Of a stretch of 35,643 nucleotides of DNA, positions 1 through 7,877 are shown piece after piece; within the stretch, counting starts at the first letter, position 1; each line of letters begins with the position of its first letter. Origin of the DNA: a virus. Lineage: Duplodnaviria > Caudoviricetes. The notes under the pieces were generated by a model. That model did no database searches. It was not told where the DNA came from and saw only the letters and a program-made list of their open reading frames with translations. Made by a program: the position numbers and the translations under genes. The stretch spans positions 1 through 35,643 of the IMG/VR virus record IMGVR_UViG_3300049782_000106. The stretch is one strand, 5' to 3'.

Positions 1-5
1 GGGTG

Positions 6-1184
6 TCAGGCGGCGGGGGTGGTCTCGGCGGGCGCGGGCTGGACGGCGACCCATTCGTTGTCCTGCTCGTTGAAGACCACGTGCAGGTTGTCCTCGACGC
101 GGAATCCGATCCCGGCGCTCGCGGCGACGTTCAGGCCCAGTGCCAGCCGGGTCGCCCACTCGGGGGCCCTCTTGGCCTGCCGCTCGGCCCGCGCCTTGGC
201 GTAGTCCTCGTCCCACTTCTTCGGGTCGTGGCCGGCCTCCTCGGCGGCGTCCCAGGCCCATTCACCGATCTCACCGGAGTCGAGCTGCTCGGCCGTGTCC
301 GCGACAACCTGCCGGGCGACCCGCGGGTCGACGTGGTGAAGGGCGTCGAGGTAGCGGTAGGCGACCCAGTTGGCGACGCCGATGCGGATATGCGCGTTCC
401 AGAGGTCCTGGTCGGTGCTGTAGTCCGTTTCCCTCAGGTCGCTGCCGGACCGCAGGACTTCTTCCAGCAATGCGGCGAGTTCGGCGTGGACGTCCTTGGG
501 TGCCTCGAACGAGGAGCTGTAGTCCGGCTTCGGGAGGCTCGCCATGTCGACGTCCTTGCTGCCGGCGGCGAGGGTCCGCAGCCACTGGTCTCGGGCGTCG
601 TCGAAGCTCTTCAGGCCGATGCCGGTGATGCGGACGGGCATGATGGCGCCGATGAAGTCCTCGCCGTACAGCAGGGCGGCCTGGTGGTCGGCGGTGACGC
701 GGATGCGGACGATGTTCTCGGTGGAGGCGAAGCGGCCGAGGAACCGGCTGTGGTAGGCGGGGAAGGGGTCGCCGTCCGCGGTCTGCTCGGTCAGGTTGCG
801 GAGGATTCCGCGCCAGTCGGGGAACTCCAGGCTGGTGTTGACCATGACGGAGAAGGTGCTGCGACGGCCATCGAACAGGACCCGGTCTTCGCTGGTGCTG
901 ATGGTGACGAGCTCGGCGCCCTTCATGGTGCTGACCCATTCGCGGAGGGCCTTGAGCTGGTTGCCGGGGATGGTGCGTGCCCACGGCTGGCCGTCCCGGT
1001 CGTCGGAGTCGAGCTCGTAGCGGGCGACGGCCATGGTGTACCGGTCGGAGGCGACGGCGTACAGGTAGCGGGCGTCGACGTCGAGGCGGATGCCGTGGAG
1101 CTGCTCGATGTGATTGTCGGCAGCGTGGTCGATCGTCTTGTCGATGAGCTGGCCGAGCTGGTGGGCGTTGATCGTGGCAGTCAT
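6..1184 (-). CDS. DNA polymerase III beta-clamp-like protein (domains II-III only) with a C-terminal extension
   Basis: ATG at 1184 with AGAAGGAG RBS; motifs LHGIRL..LYAVASDRYTMAV, EFPDWRGIL and GAIMPVRI match DnaN LTGVRI..LASTDRYR, FPxY and LIMPVR. Confidence 0.75.
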   Translation of the reverse strand: MTATINAHQLGQLIDKTIDHAADNHIEQLHGIRLDVDARYLYAVASDRYTMAVARYELDSDDRDGQPWARTIPGNQLKALREWVSTMKGAELVTISTSEDRVLFDGRRSTFSVMVNTSLEFPDWRGILRNLTEQTADGDPFPAYHSRFLGRFASTENIVRIRVTADHQAALLYGEDFIGAIMPVRITGIGLKSFDDARDQWLRTLAAGSKDVDMASLPKPDYSSSFEAPKDVHAELAALLEEVLRSGSDLRETDYSTDQDLWNAHIRIGVANWVAYRYLDALHHVDPRVARQVVADTAEQLDSGEIGEWAWDAAEEAGHDPKKWDEDYAKARAERQAKRAPEWATRLALGLNVAASAGIGFRVEDNLHVVFNEQDNEWVAVQPAPAETTPAA

Positions 1185-1303
1185 TGCTGCTCCTTCTGGG
1201 ATGCTTGTGGTGCGCCCCGCCGAATTCGCCTCGGCGGGGCGCCCTGCTGGCTGGGTGGTGCGCCGGGTCGGGGGCCGGTGCCATCCGCCGGCCCGGCGAG
1301 CTG

Positions 1304-1396
1304 TTAGGCGGTGGTGCGCCTCAGGTGGCGTCCCAGCGCGAGGAGGGCGAGGGACAGGGCGGCTGCGGCGGCGACGGCCGTCCAGGCGGCGATCAC
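1304..1396 (-). CDS. 30-aa hydrophobic peptide (MIAAWTAVAAAAALSLALLALGRHLRRTTA)
   Basis: GTG overlaps the stop of the upstream gene (GTGA); one TM-like stretch followed by a basic tail. Confidence 0.5.
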   Translation of the reverse strand: MIAAWTAVAAAAALSLALLALGRHLRRTTA

Positions 1397-1725
1397 GAGG
1401 TGGCCTGCGCAGCGGCCTGCGCGGTGCGGACCGCGTACTGCTCGTAGGTCTCGACCAGGCCGGCGGCGACCGAAGCCGCGTAGTCGGCGCACACGACGGC
1501 CTTACGGAGCGCGGCCGACGGCTTGGCTGGCAGGGTGAGCAGCGGGCCGTGGTCGCGGTACACGTCCGGCAGCGGCACTGCCGTGTCAGCGCCAAGCGGC
1601 GTGGTGTTCATCAGCGGCTCACCCGCCTCCGACCAGGCGCCGGTCCACGACCAGACCACGCCCGTCACGTCGGCGAACTGGCGGCCGAGGTCGAAGGTGA
1701 TGCCGTCGTGTATGTAGTCGGTCAC
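1393..1725 (-). CDS. phiSA1p31-related phage protein
   Basis: GITFDL..DVTGVVWSWTG..GEPLM..LPDVYRDHGPL pattern recalled for this Streptomyces phage family; GTGA coupling. Confidence 0.6.
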   Translation of the reverse strand: MTDYIHDGITFDLGRQFADVTGVVWSWTGAWSEAGEPLMNTTPLGADTAVPLPDVYRDHGPLLTLPAKPSAALRKAVVCADYAASVAAGLVETYEQYAVRTAQAAAQATS

Positions 1726-1919
1726 GATGCGGCCTCCGGGTCCGTGCTGCCGTAGAGGAACTTGAAGAGCGCCTGCTGGAGGTCGACGAAGTCGAGGCCG
1801 TGGCTGATCGGCGGGTACCCGTGGTCCTTCAGGACGTTGGCGACGTCGTGGGTGAGGCCGAAGATGAATCGGGGGTCGGCATCCGACTGAGGCCGGATCG
1901 GGTATGCGCGGTCGGTCAC
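1722..1919 (-). CDS. hypothetical phage early protein, 65 aa (VTDRAYPIRP...DPEAAS)
   Basis: GGAGG RBS and GTGA overlap at 1916-1919; it is the 3' part of the 180-aa ORF in the track. Confidence 0.7.
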   Translation of the reverse strand: MTDRAYPIRPQSDADPRFIFGLTHDVANVLKDHGYPPISHGLDFVDLQQALFKFLYGSTDPEAAS

Positions 1920-2146
1920 GATGCGGCCTCCGGGATCACGTCGATGTGGGTGAGGCAGATGCCGCCCGCGTAGCCCTCGACCGACACGACCGGGGCTCCG
2001 TGGCCGAGGGTCCAGGCCGGGGTGCGGGTGACCGTCTCCAGGCGTGCCTCTGCAGCCATCGCCGCGTCGAACTCGGGTCGGCAGGTGGGGTAGGCGACGA
2101 CCGGCGTGCCGACCGGGTACAGGGCGTTGAACTCGTCGGCGGTCAC
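1916..2146 (-). CDS. hypothetical phage early protein (FNALYPVGTPVVAYP type)
   Basis: Coupled ORF with GGAGG RBS and high-GC3 codon use. Confidence 0.75.
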   Translation of the reverse strand: MTADEFNALYPVGTPVVAYPTCRPEFDAAMAAEARLETVTRTPAWTLGHGAPVVSVEGYAGGICLTHIDVIPEAAS

Positions 2147-2349
2147 GATGCGGCCTCCGTGTCGCGGGGCGGGCAGGCGGGGCAGACGCAGCCGGGGATG
2201 GTGAAAGCCGAGTCGGCGTCGAGGTCGAGGAGCGCGTGGCGCTGCTCGGCGAGGAGGCCATCACGGGTGCGCTTCGCCTTCAGCTCGGCGATCTCCGCGG
2301 CCACCTGCTCGGCCGATACGTCCAGGCGGGAGAGGTCGGCGGCGGTCAT
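2143..2349 (-). CDS. hypothetical phage protein with a C-terminal CxCxxC
   Basis: ATGA-coupled ORF in the early gene chain. Confidence 0.65.
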   Translation of the reverse strand: MTAADLSRLDVSAEQVAAEIAELKAKRTRDGLLAEQRHALLDLDADSAFTIPGCVCPACPPRDTEAAS

Positions 2350-2582
2350 CGGGCACCGCCCTCGAAGTCGCTGAGGGTCACGACGTCACCCGGGCGGATG
2401 CGGTCCGCGATAGCCGCCACGTCCTGCCACTCGGCCAGTACGGAGGCGACGCGGTTCAGGACGTCATCGGTGGGGTCCTGGTGCCAGTAGCCGAGCAACG
2501 CGCAGGCCAGCTCGCTCGCCAGGTTCTCGCGCTCGGCAGGCTCCAGGTTGGAGCGCCAGCTCATTAGGTCTCGGAGGCTCAT
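2346..2582 (-). CDS. hypothetical phage protein
   Basis: ATGA-coupled ORF. Confidence 0.65.
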   Translation of the reverse strand: MSLRDLMSWRSNLEPAERENLASELACALLGYWHQDPTDDVLNRVASVLAEWQDVAAIADRIRPGDVVTLSDFEGGAR

Positions 2583-2854
2583 CGCGCACCGTCCTTCGAG
2601 GTCACGATCAGGCCGGGGTTGTGGGCGGCGAGCAGCTTGTTCGCGCGGTGCAGCTCGGCGAGGGTCTGCTCGCGGTCGGCCTGGTCCTCGTGCCGCAGCA
2701 GCGCCGTACCGACCGGGGCGTGGTAGCGGGCCGCGTCCGACGCCGCGAACGTCGCGTCCATCTCGGCCTGCAGCACGTGGAGCGGGATCCGCGTGCCGAT
2801 CATTTGCGTGATCCGGTCCGGCATCGGGACCTGCGGGAAGTCGACGGAAATCAC
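2579..2854 (-). CDS. hypothetical phage protein
   Basis: GTGA-coupled ORF. Confidence 0.65.
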   Translation of the reverse strand: MISVDFPQVPMPDRITQMIGTRIPLHVLQAEMDATFAASDAARYHAPVGTALLRHEDQADREQTLAELHRANKLLAAHNPGLIVTSKDGAR

Positions 2855-3135
2855 GCGGTCACCGCCGTCGGCTCCTCGGTGCGAGCCGCGTACAGGGCCT
2901 CACGGTGGTCGTTCATCGCAGCCTCGCGGGAACCTGACCTCTTCGACGAGCGGTTGAGCACGTAGCCGCCGAGCCACATTCCGGCGTGCCGCTTGTCGTC
3001 GCTCTCGTCGAAGATGACGGTGTCGTAGTAGCCACCGCCGATGCGGACCGTCGAGACCAGCAGGTTCTTGGTGTCAGTGATGACCGGGGTCTGCCGGACG
3101 ATCTCCGGGAGGCCGGTAGGGGATACTCGGGACAC
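2851..3135 (-). CDS. hypothetical phage protein
   Basis: GAGAAGAGGA RBS before GTG; 4-bp overlap with the next gene. Confidence 0.65.
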   Translation of the reverse strand: MSRVSPTGLPEIVRQTPVITDTKNLLVSTVRIGGGYYDTVIFDESDDKRHAGMWLGGYVLNRSSKRSGSREAAMNDHREALYAARTEEPTAVTA

Positions 3136-3236
3136 TGGGTCCTCTTCTCTCTCGCAGATGGGTTGCGTGTAGAGGGGTGGAACTCGGAGGGCCGTCTGCC
3201 GGTGTGTGAGAGCCCGGCGGCGGCCCGCACGGCCGA

Positions 3237-3545
3237 CTAGGCGGCGGAGGCCAGAGCGGCTGTCTTGGGGGCCGCCTTCTTGCGCGGCTTACGCGTGCGG
3301 CTGATGCGGGTGGAGACCTGGCGGTTCATCTCGGCGATCTCAGCCAGGTCGCTCTCGCTGAACATCAGCTGTCCGCCGAGGCGGTGGCAGGGGAACGGGT
3401 TGTGCTCGCGGTTCACGCCGTCGCGGAGCCATCGCTGGCCTCGCTTGTCATCCGGGTTCTCCGTGGCGAGCCCGAGCTTCACCGTCGCCTGCTTGACGTT
3501 GTAGAAGGTTCCGAGCTGAGCGGGAGCCGTCCTGCGGGCGGTCAT
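3237..3545 (-). CDS. excisionase-like (MerR/HTH_17-type winged HTH) DNA-binding protein
   Basis: FYNVKQAT..LG..WLRDG..FPCHRLGGQLMFSESDL pattern, basic tail, second gene of the early operon. Confidence 0.65.
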   Translation of the reverse strand: MTARRTAPAQLGTFYNVKQATVKLGLATENPDDKRGQRWLRDGVNREHNPFPCHRLGGQLMFSESDLAEIAEMNRQVSTRISRTRKPRKKAAPKTAALASAA

Positions 3546-3546
3546 G

Positions 3547-3789
3547 TCACCTCTTCTCTCTTGATGGGTTGAGGAGCCGGGTGTCGTCCGGCTCTATGCC
3601 GAGGGCTTTGCGCAGCCGGGCGTAGGTGCCGGGCTTCATGCGGGTGCGGTAACCGGTTTCGAGGTGGCTGAGGTAGCAGCGGCTTATGCCGGCCTTCTCT
3701 GCCGCCTCGTGCGTCTCAAGACCTGCGTGCATGCGGGCCTTTCGGATCTCCGCCCCGTTCACCTGGTAGGTGGGAGGGGGTTGCTCCAT
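3547..3789 (-). CDS. Cro-like XRE helix-turn-helix protein
   Basis: IRKARMHAGL..EAAEKAGISRCYLSHLETG; divergent from the repressor; apparently leaderless. Confidence 0.85.
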   Translation of the reverse strand: MEQPPPTYQVNGAEIRKARMHAGLETHEAAEKAGISRCYLSHLETGYRTRMKPGTYARLRKALGIEPDDTRLLNPSREKR

Positions 3790-3979
3790 GCCCGCTAAGT
3801 TAGCGGGAAGTAGCGGCCGTGTCTAGCGTTTGCTCGCAACCTCTAGCGGATTCTCGCGCCCTGGTTCTCAGGGCGTCGGCTAGCGTGAACCGGTCACTGT
3901 TAGTGCCTATGGCGTCGCGTTCTGGCCTCTTCTGGCCCCGGTTCTGGCTGGTCCTAGCGGGTCCTGCCAAGATGACCCC
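3790..3979. promoter_or_regulatory. lysis/lysogeny switch: divergent promoters and operators
   Basis: Palindrome CCCGCTAA-G-TTAGCGGG at 3791-3807; 10-bp-phased CT(A/C)GC repeats at 3823/3833/3843/3853; TTCTGGC repeats at about 3920-3948; minus-strand TAGACA-N17-TAACTT 7 nt before the Cro ATG. Confidence 0.75.
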
Positions 3980-4396
3980 ATGGCCACCCCCGACCTTGAG
4001 CGGCTCGCGGAAGTAGTGCAGCGTCGCCGCATCGAACTGAAGCTAGGCATCGAGCCCGCCGCGAAGCGGGGCGGGATGAGCAAGGACACCTGGAAGCGTG
4101 TGGAAGCGGGCCTGAACGTCCGCGACACGTCCTATACGGGTGTCGAGCAAGCCCTGGAGTGGGCGCCCGGGAGCTGCAGCGCCGTACTGCGCGGGCGTGA
4201 ACCGGTACCGAGTGAACCGATGGCGGACGATCCCCGCGTCAAGATCAGCAAGATCCCGCTCGAGGAGCTCGAGCGGGTCATCGGGGACTCCGTGCAGAGC
4301 GCCGCCATCGCGACGCGGGGCGACCTGACCGCTGAGGACTTGCTGAAGCTGAACCGGCGGGTCCTGGAGGAGTTGCGCGTCCGCGGTGTCATCTGA
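3980..4396 (+). CDS. immunity repressor, XRE-family HTH
   Basis: LAEVVQRRRIELKL..AAKRGGMSKDTWKRVEAG..EQALEWAPGS; same orientation as the integrase. Confidence 0.8.
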   Translation: MATPDLERLAEVVQRRRIELKLGIEPAAKRGGMSKDTWKRVEAGLNVRDTSYTGVEQALEWAPGSCSAVLRGREPVPSEPMADDPRVKISKIPLEELERVIGDSVQSAAIATRGDLTAEDLLKLNRRVLEELRVRGVI

Positions 4397-4559
4397 GGGC
4401 AGAACTCCACCCGAATGGCGTACAACCATTCAGCGACACCCGGAACTTGTTGAATCTGATCCAAACTCTTGCGTCGTCCCTGGTCCCAAGCGGCGCTGAA
4501 CATGGCAAAGTCATAGTCACCTTGGGGGTTCCCCGTCATCCCGGAAGGGGGAACTCATC

Positions 4560-4760
4560 ATGCGCAGCAGTCTGCTCATAGCCGACATGGGCCCACAGTT
4601 CGATGGGTGGGCAGGAGAGGTCAATGGGAAGATGATCTGTGTAGCTCCTCCCGGTGTCGAGCAAGACGCCAGCCGGCGCCGCGCCATGCTCGAGGTCGTG
4701 AGGAGCAGTGGTAGAAACTGCGGAACGTGCCGAGGTTGCGCGATGGCCTTCGGGGAGTGA
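4560..4760 (+). CDS. 66-aa protein with CxxCxxC
   Basis: GAAGGGGGA RBS; lies between repressor and integrase. Confidence 0.55.
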   Translation: MRSSLLIADMGPQFDGWAGEVNGKMICVAPPGVEQDASRRRAMLEVVRSSGRNCGTCRGCAMAFGE

Positions 4761-4835
4761 CGCAGACGGTCGTGGGAGCTCCGGCTGGCATGGGGGCCGC
4801 CGGACTGCCACGGCACCCGAGCAAGGGGGCGAACG

Positions 4836-6113
4836 ATGCCGTGGGTGGAGTGGCGTGGCAACAGCTGCCGGGTCCGGTGGGATACCGGCCGCGTCAACCC
4901 GGATACCGGCAAGAAGATCTACGAGAGTCACTCCCGATCGGACTGGACCGAGGAAGAGGCGTACAACTACGGCCTCGACCGTGAGAGCGACATCCGTAAC
5001 CACCGTCATGTCGCGAAAGCCGACGGCCGGATCACCTTCCGGGCGTGGGCGGATCTCTGGATCCAGACGATCGACCTCGACCCCTCCAGCATCCACAGCT
5101 ACCGGAAGTACCTGCGCGCCCAGTTGCTCCCACAGTGGGGCGACACCCCGCTGAACGAGATCACGACGCTGCAGTACCAGGCATGGATGCGGCGCCTGAA
5201 TGCCGCTCACAAGCCCAACTACGTCCGCAGCCTTCGCATCCTCTTCGGGATGCTGATGGACGATGCGGTCACGCACCGCCCCCCGCTGCTGCCCGTCTCG
5301 CCTGTACCTGTCGAGAAACGCCGCCGCGGCCGGTACGTCAGACCGGAACGGGAGAAGAAGGTCGACGTCCCCACGTCCGACCTGCATCAGCTAGCCGAGA
5401 ACGCTCGCCACGTGTGGGGCTTCACCGGGTACGTCTTCCAGCTCACCAAGGCGTACACCGGTATGAGGCTGGGGGAGATGTACGGCCTCCGCCGCGAGTA
5501 CGGGGGCGGTAACTGGCCCGAGTCTGAGCCGGATCTCGATGTGCGCGACGAGGCCCTCGAGCGGTACTGCGGCACCGACCCGCTGGATCTCTTGCGGGTG
5601 CAGTGGCAGCACAAGTACGTGAAGGATCCGGAGAACCCGGATGCGCCCGGTGTGCCGACCCTGACGCCACCCAAGTACGGGAGCGTCAGGACTCTGGTAA
5701 TCCCGCCGTTTCTCGCAGCGCTTCACCGGGAGCTCCTGGCTTCGCACGACTCGGAATGGTTCTTCCCTGCCATGGACGGCGGCCCGCTGCTGACCACGGA
5801 CTTCAACACCTACTACTGGAAGCCGGTGCGGGACGGAGCCGAGGAGCGGGTTGGCCGCTACGCGCGACCGAAGCTGCCGGCCGTGAAGTCGTTCGCCGGC
5901 AAGCGCATTCACCTCGTCCGTCACGCCCACGGGCCGCACCTGGAAGAGGACGGCGTGGCGGACTTCGCCATCGAGGACAGGCTGGGGCATGTGCCTCAGG
6001 GGGTTCGCGGTGTCTACCGGCAGGTGACGCGCGAGATGGAACGCAAGGTCGTGGACGTGTTGCAGAAACGGTGGGAGAGGGAAGAAGCCCGCCGTAGGGC
6101 GAATGGCGTGTAG
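4836..6113 (+). CDS. int: tyrosine integrase
   Basis: N-terminal arm-binding and core-binding regions; catalytic TGMRLGE (R), PKYGS (K), HLVRH, LGH, VY (Y). Confidence 0.95.
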   Translation: MPWVEWRGNSCRVRWDTGRVNPDTGKKIYESHSRSDWTEEEAYNYGLDRESDIRNHRHVAKADGRITFRAWADLWIQTIDLDPSSIHSYRKYLRAQLLPQWGDTPLNEITTLQYQAWMRRLNAAHKPNYVRSLRILFGMLMDDAVTHRPPLLPVSPVPVEKRRRGRYVRPEREKKVDVPTSDLHQLAENARHVWGFTGYVFQLTKAYTGMRLGEMYGLRREYGGGNWPESEPDLDVRDEALERYCGTDPLDLLRVQWQHKYVKDPENPDAPGVPTLTPPKYGSVRTLVIPPFLAALHRELLASHDSEWFFPAMDGGPLLTTDFNTYYWKPVRDGAEERVGRYARPKLPAVKSFAGKRIHLVRHAHGPHLEEDGVADFAIEDRLGHVPQGVRGVYRQVTREMERKVVDVLQKRWEREEARRRANGV

Positions 6114-6118
6114 CGGCT

Positions 6119-6360
6119 ATCTCCCATCCGTCTCCCATAGGGGAAGGGGGAGCGGCATCGCCCCCAGCTCAAGGCCATTCCGACCCGTCTCCCGGAGCGA
6201 TCCACTGCATCACGCAGCAGCAGCCGAAGGTTGGGCCCTGACCTGCTGACCAGCGCGTTGACCTGTGCCGATGCCCTCAGGGTCTAGCGGAAACTAGCGT
6301 TTGATAGCGGTCGCTTGCGTCTGCTCAGCATGATCATCTCCCATTCGTCTCCCATGGGGG
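6119..6360. other. attP site
   Basis: Directly downstream of int; arm-type direct repeats ATCTCCCAT(C/T)CGTCTCCCAT(A/G)GGGG at 6119-6143 and 6336-6360; 10-bp-phased TAGCG repeats at 6284-6319; central 6200-6241 encodes IHCITQQQPKVGP*. Confidence 0.8.
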
Positions 6361-6652
6361 AGAGGTGTGACTGCAGAAGCACCGGAGCCGACGCACATAC
6401 CTTGGGGGCGAACAGCGTGCGCCGGCTCCGGCGTCTGATCCAACGAGCTCCTCGCACTTGCGTGCTGGTGTGAGGTTCACTCGTTGGGGTGGGTGCCCAT
6501 CCGCCGGTGACGGGTACCCGGCGGGGTTGCCTCGCGAGCCGCTGCAATGGGGTGTGCGGCCGTGGGGCGACCCCTTCGGCGTCCTGGGACCTCAAGACGC
6601 CGAGCTCGTAGAGCCTCAAGTGCCGTTGGCATATTCGAACTACCCTTGCGAG

Positions 6653-6668
6653 GCTGGATATATCCAGC
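6653..6668. promoter_or_regulatory. perfect palindrome GCTGGATATATCCAGC, probable GntR operator
   Basis: 16-bp palindrome about 60 bp upstream of the GntR gene. Confidence 0.55.
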
Positions 6669-6729
6669 TCAAGGCGCGGCTTCTACCGTGCAAGCCTCAC
6701 GTCTCTCAAGATCGACGCCAGGGGCCCCG

Positions 6730-7341
6730 ATGGCAGCTGCGCTCTACCGTCGCATCGCTGCCCGCATCCAGCAGCGCATCGACGCCGGCGAGTGGCTCCC
6801 AGGCGAAGCGCTTCCGTCCCGGCGGCTTATGGCAACCGAGTACGGCGTGCACCCGCAGACCGTCCGGCTCGCCTACGTGCTGCTGCGGCGGGCGGGGATC
6901 CTCGACGGCGAGGAGCGGCAGGCCGTCTATGTGGCGCATCCTCCTGCTATGCGCACCCTCACCGACGCGGACGCCGACTGGCCCTATTCGTCGGAGACGA
7001 CCGACACTCGCCCGCGGCCGGCCAGTGAGGAGCTTGCCGAGCGTCTCGGTGTGAGGCCGGGCGTGATGCTCCGGCACGAGACCGTGGAGTGTCTGGATCC
7101 GGGCGGACGTTCGGCGATGCTGGTGTGCTCGTGGTGGCAGGGTGCGCGACGGCAACATGCTGGCTGCATCGTGGAGATCGGCGTCATGCGCCTTGATGAG
7201 ACGCAGGCACACGCGCTGGGCATGCTGGTGGACTCGCTCGCATACCGCCTCGTCAGAACGCGTCTGGACGCGCAAGGGCGACCCGTAGAGACTGCTGATC
7301 TCATCCTCCCGATGGATCGATGGCTCATCAGGCTGAAGTGA
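6730..7341 (+). CDS. GntR (HutC-like) regulator with a shortened UTRA-like domain
   Basis: LYRRIAARIQQRIDAGEWLPGEALPS winged HTH; C-terminal RTRLDAQGRPVETADL. Confidence 0.85.
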   Translation: MAAALYRRIAARIQQRIDAGEWLPGEALPSRRLMATEYGVHPQTVRLAYVLLRRAGILDGEERQAVYVAHPPAMRTLTDADADWPYSSETTDTRPRPASEELAERLGVRPGVMLRHETVECLDPGGRSAMLVCSWWQGARRQHAGCIVEIGVMRLDETQAHALGMLVDSLAYRLVRTRLDAQGRPVETADLILPMDRWLIRLK

Positions 7342-7473
7342 CCCGCACAGGCGTATGCCCCACGAACGGACCTGACATCATCGTGCCGCACACATTCCAC
7401 GCGACAACAGTGGTTGGCGCAATAGTTGTGGCGTGAACCGTTAGCGCCCCGTGTGCTTTCGTCACAGAAAGTA

Positions 7474-7507
7474 TCCGCCTGCCGGGTCCGCCGTCCCGGC
7501 AGGCGGA
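7474..7507. terminator. GC-rich hairpin between convergent genes
   Basis: TCCGCCTGCCGGG...CCCGGCAGGCGGA. Confidence 0.65.
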
Positions 7508-7509
7508 GC

Positions 7510-7725
7510 TCAGGGGCAGCAGCGGCCGGCGTACACGGGAGTGTCGAGCACGTGCGCGCCGTCGCGGCCGCGGGAGACGCCGACGAGCCGGGCGCCGGTC
7601 GGGATCGCGCCGCCGCACCAGACGCAGTTCCATCCGGCGTACTGCCCGACGGTGAGTTCCTCGACGTCGGGGATCCGGCGAACGCCCTCTGCCGCGGTCG
7701 CGGCGGGCTCGGTAGCCTCGCTCAT
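7510..7725 (-). CDS. small Cys-containing hypothetical protein (CVWC...CC)
   Basis: ATG at 7725 with GGAGG RBS; divergent from a GntR gene. Confidence 0.65.
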   Translation of the reverse strand: MSEATEPAATAAEGVRRIPDVEELTVGQYAGWNCVWCGGAIPTGARLVGVSRGRDGAHVLDTPVYAGRCCP

Positions 7726-7825
7726 GCCGTCAGCCCTCCAGCTGGTGGCCACGCCCCCGGGCCGGTGCCGCCGGCCGCGGGGGTCTTCTGCTGGCCCGAG
7801 ACTACGGCAGGCGTGCTATGGGGTG

Positions 7826-7871
7826 CTAGGTATGCCATGTCTCGCGTAGTGCGGTATGCCGTGCCTAGCGT
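7826..7871. promoter_or_regulatory. operator/promoter region of the second GntR gene
   Basis: GCTAGG...CCTAGC inverted pair enclosing two GGTATGCC copies; TAGCGT -10 lies 6 nt before the GTG. Confidence 0.5.
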
Positions 7872-7877
7872 GGCCTG

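Larger units (their letters stand above)
1717..2159. repeat. gene-junction direct repeats, 3 copies of CGGTCACGATGCGGCCTCCG
   Basis: Copies at 1717-1740 and 1911-1934 (24 bp identical) and 2140-2159 (20 bp); each spans a stop/RBS/start junction. Confidence 0.9.

Noticed and set aside
1717-2159. CRISPR array
   Set aside because: Spacing is about 200 bp, the intervals are whole genes, and there are no cas genes
6119-6360. attL/attR prophage boundary with host DNA on one side
   Set aside because: Arm repeats lie on both sides of the core and both flanks carry phage-type genes, which fits attP
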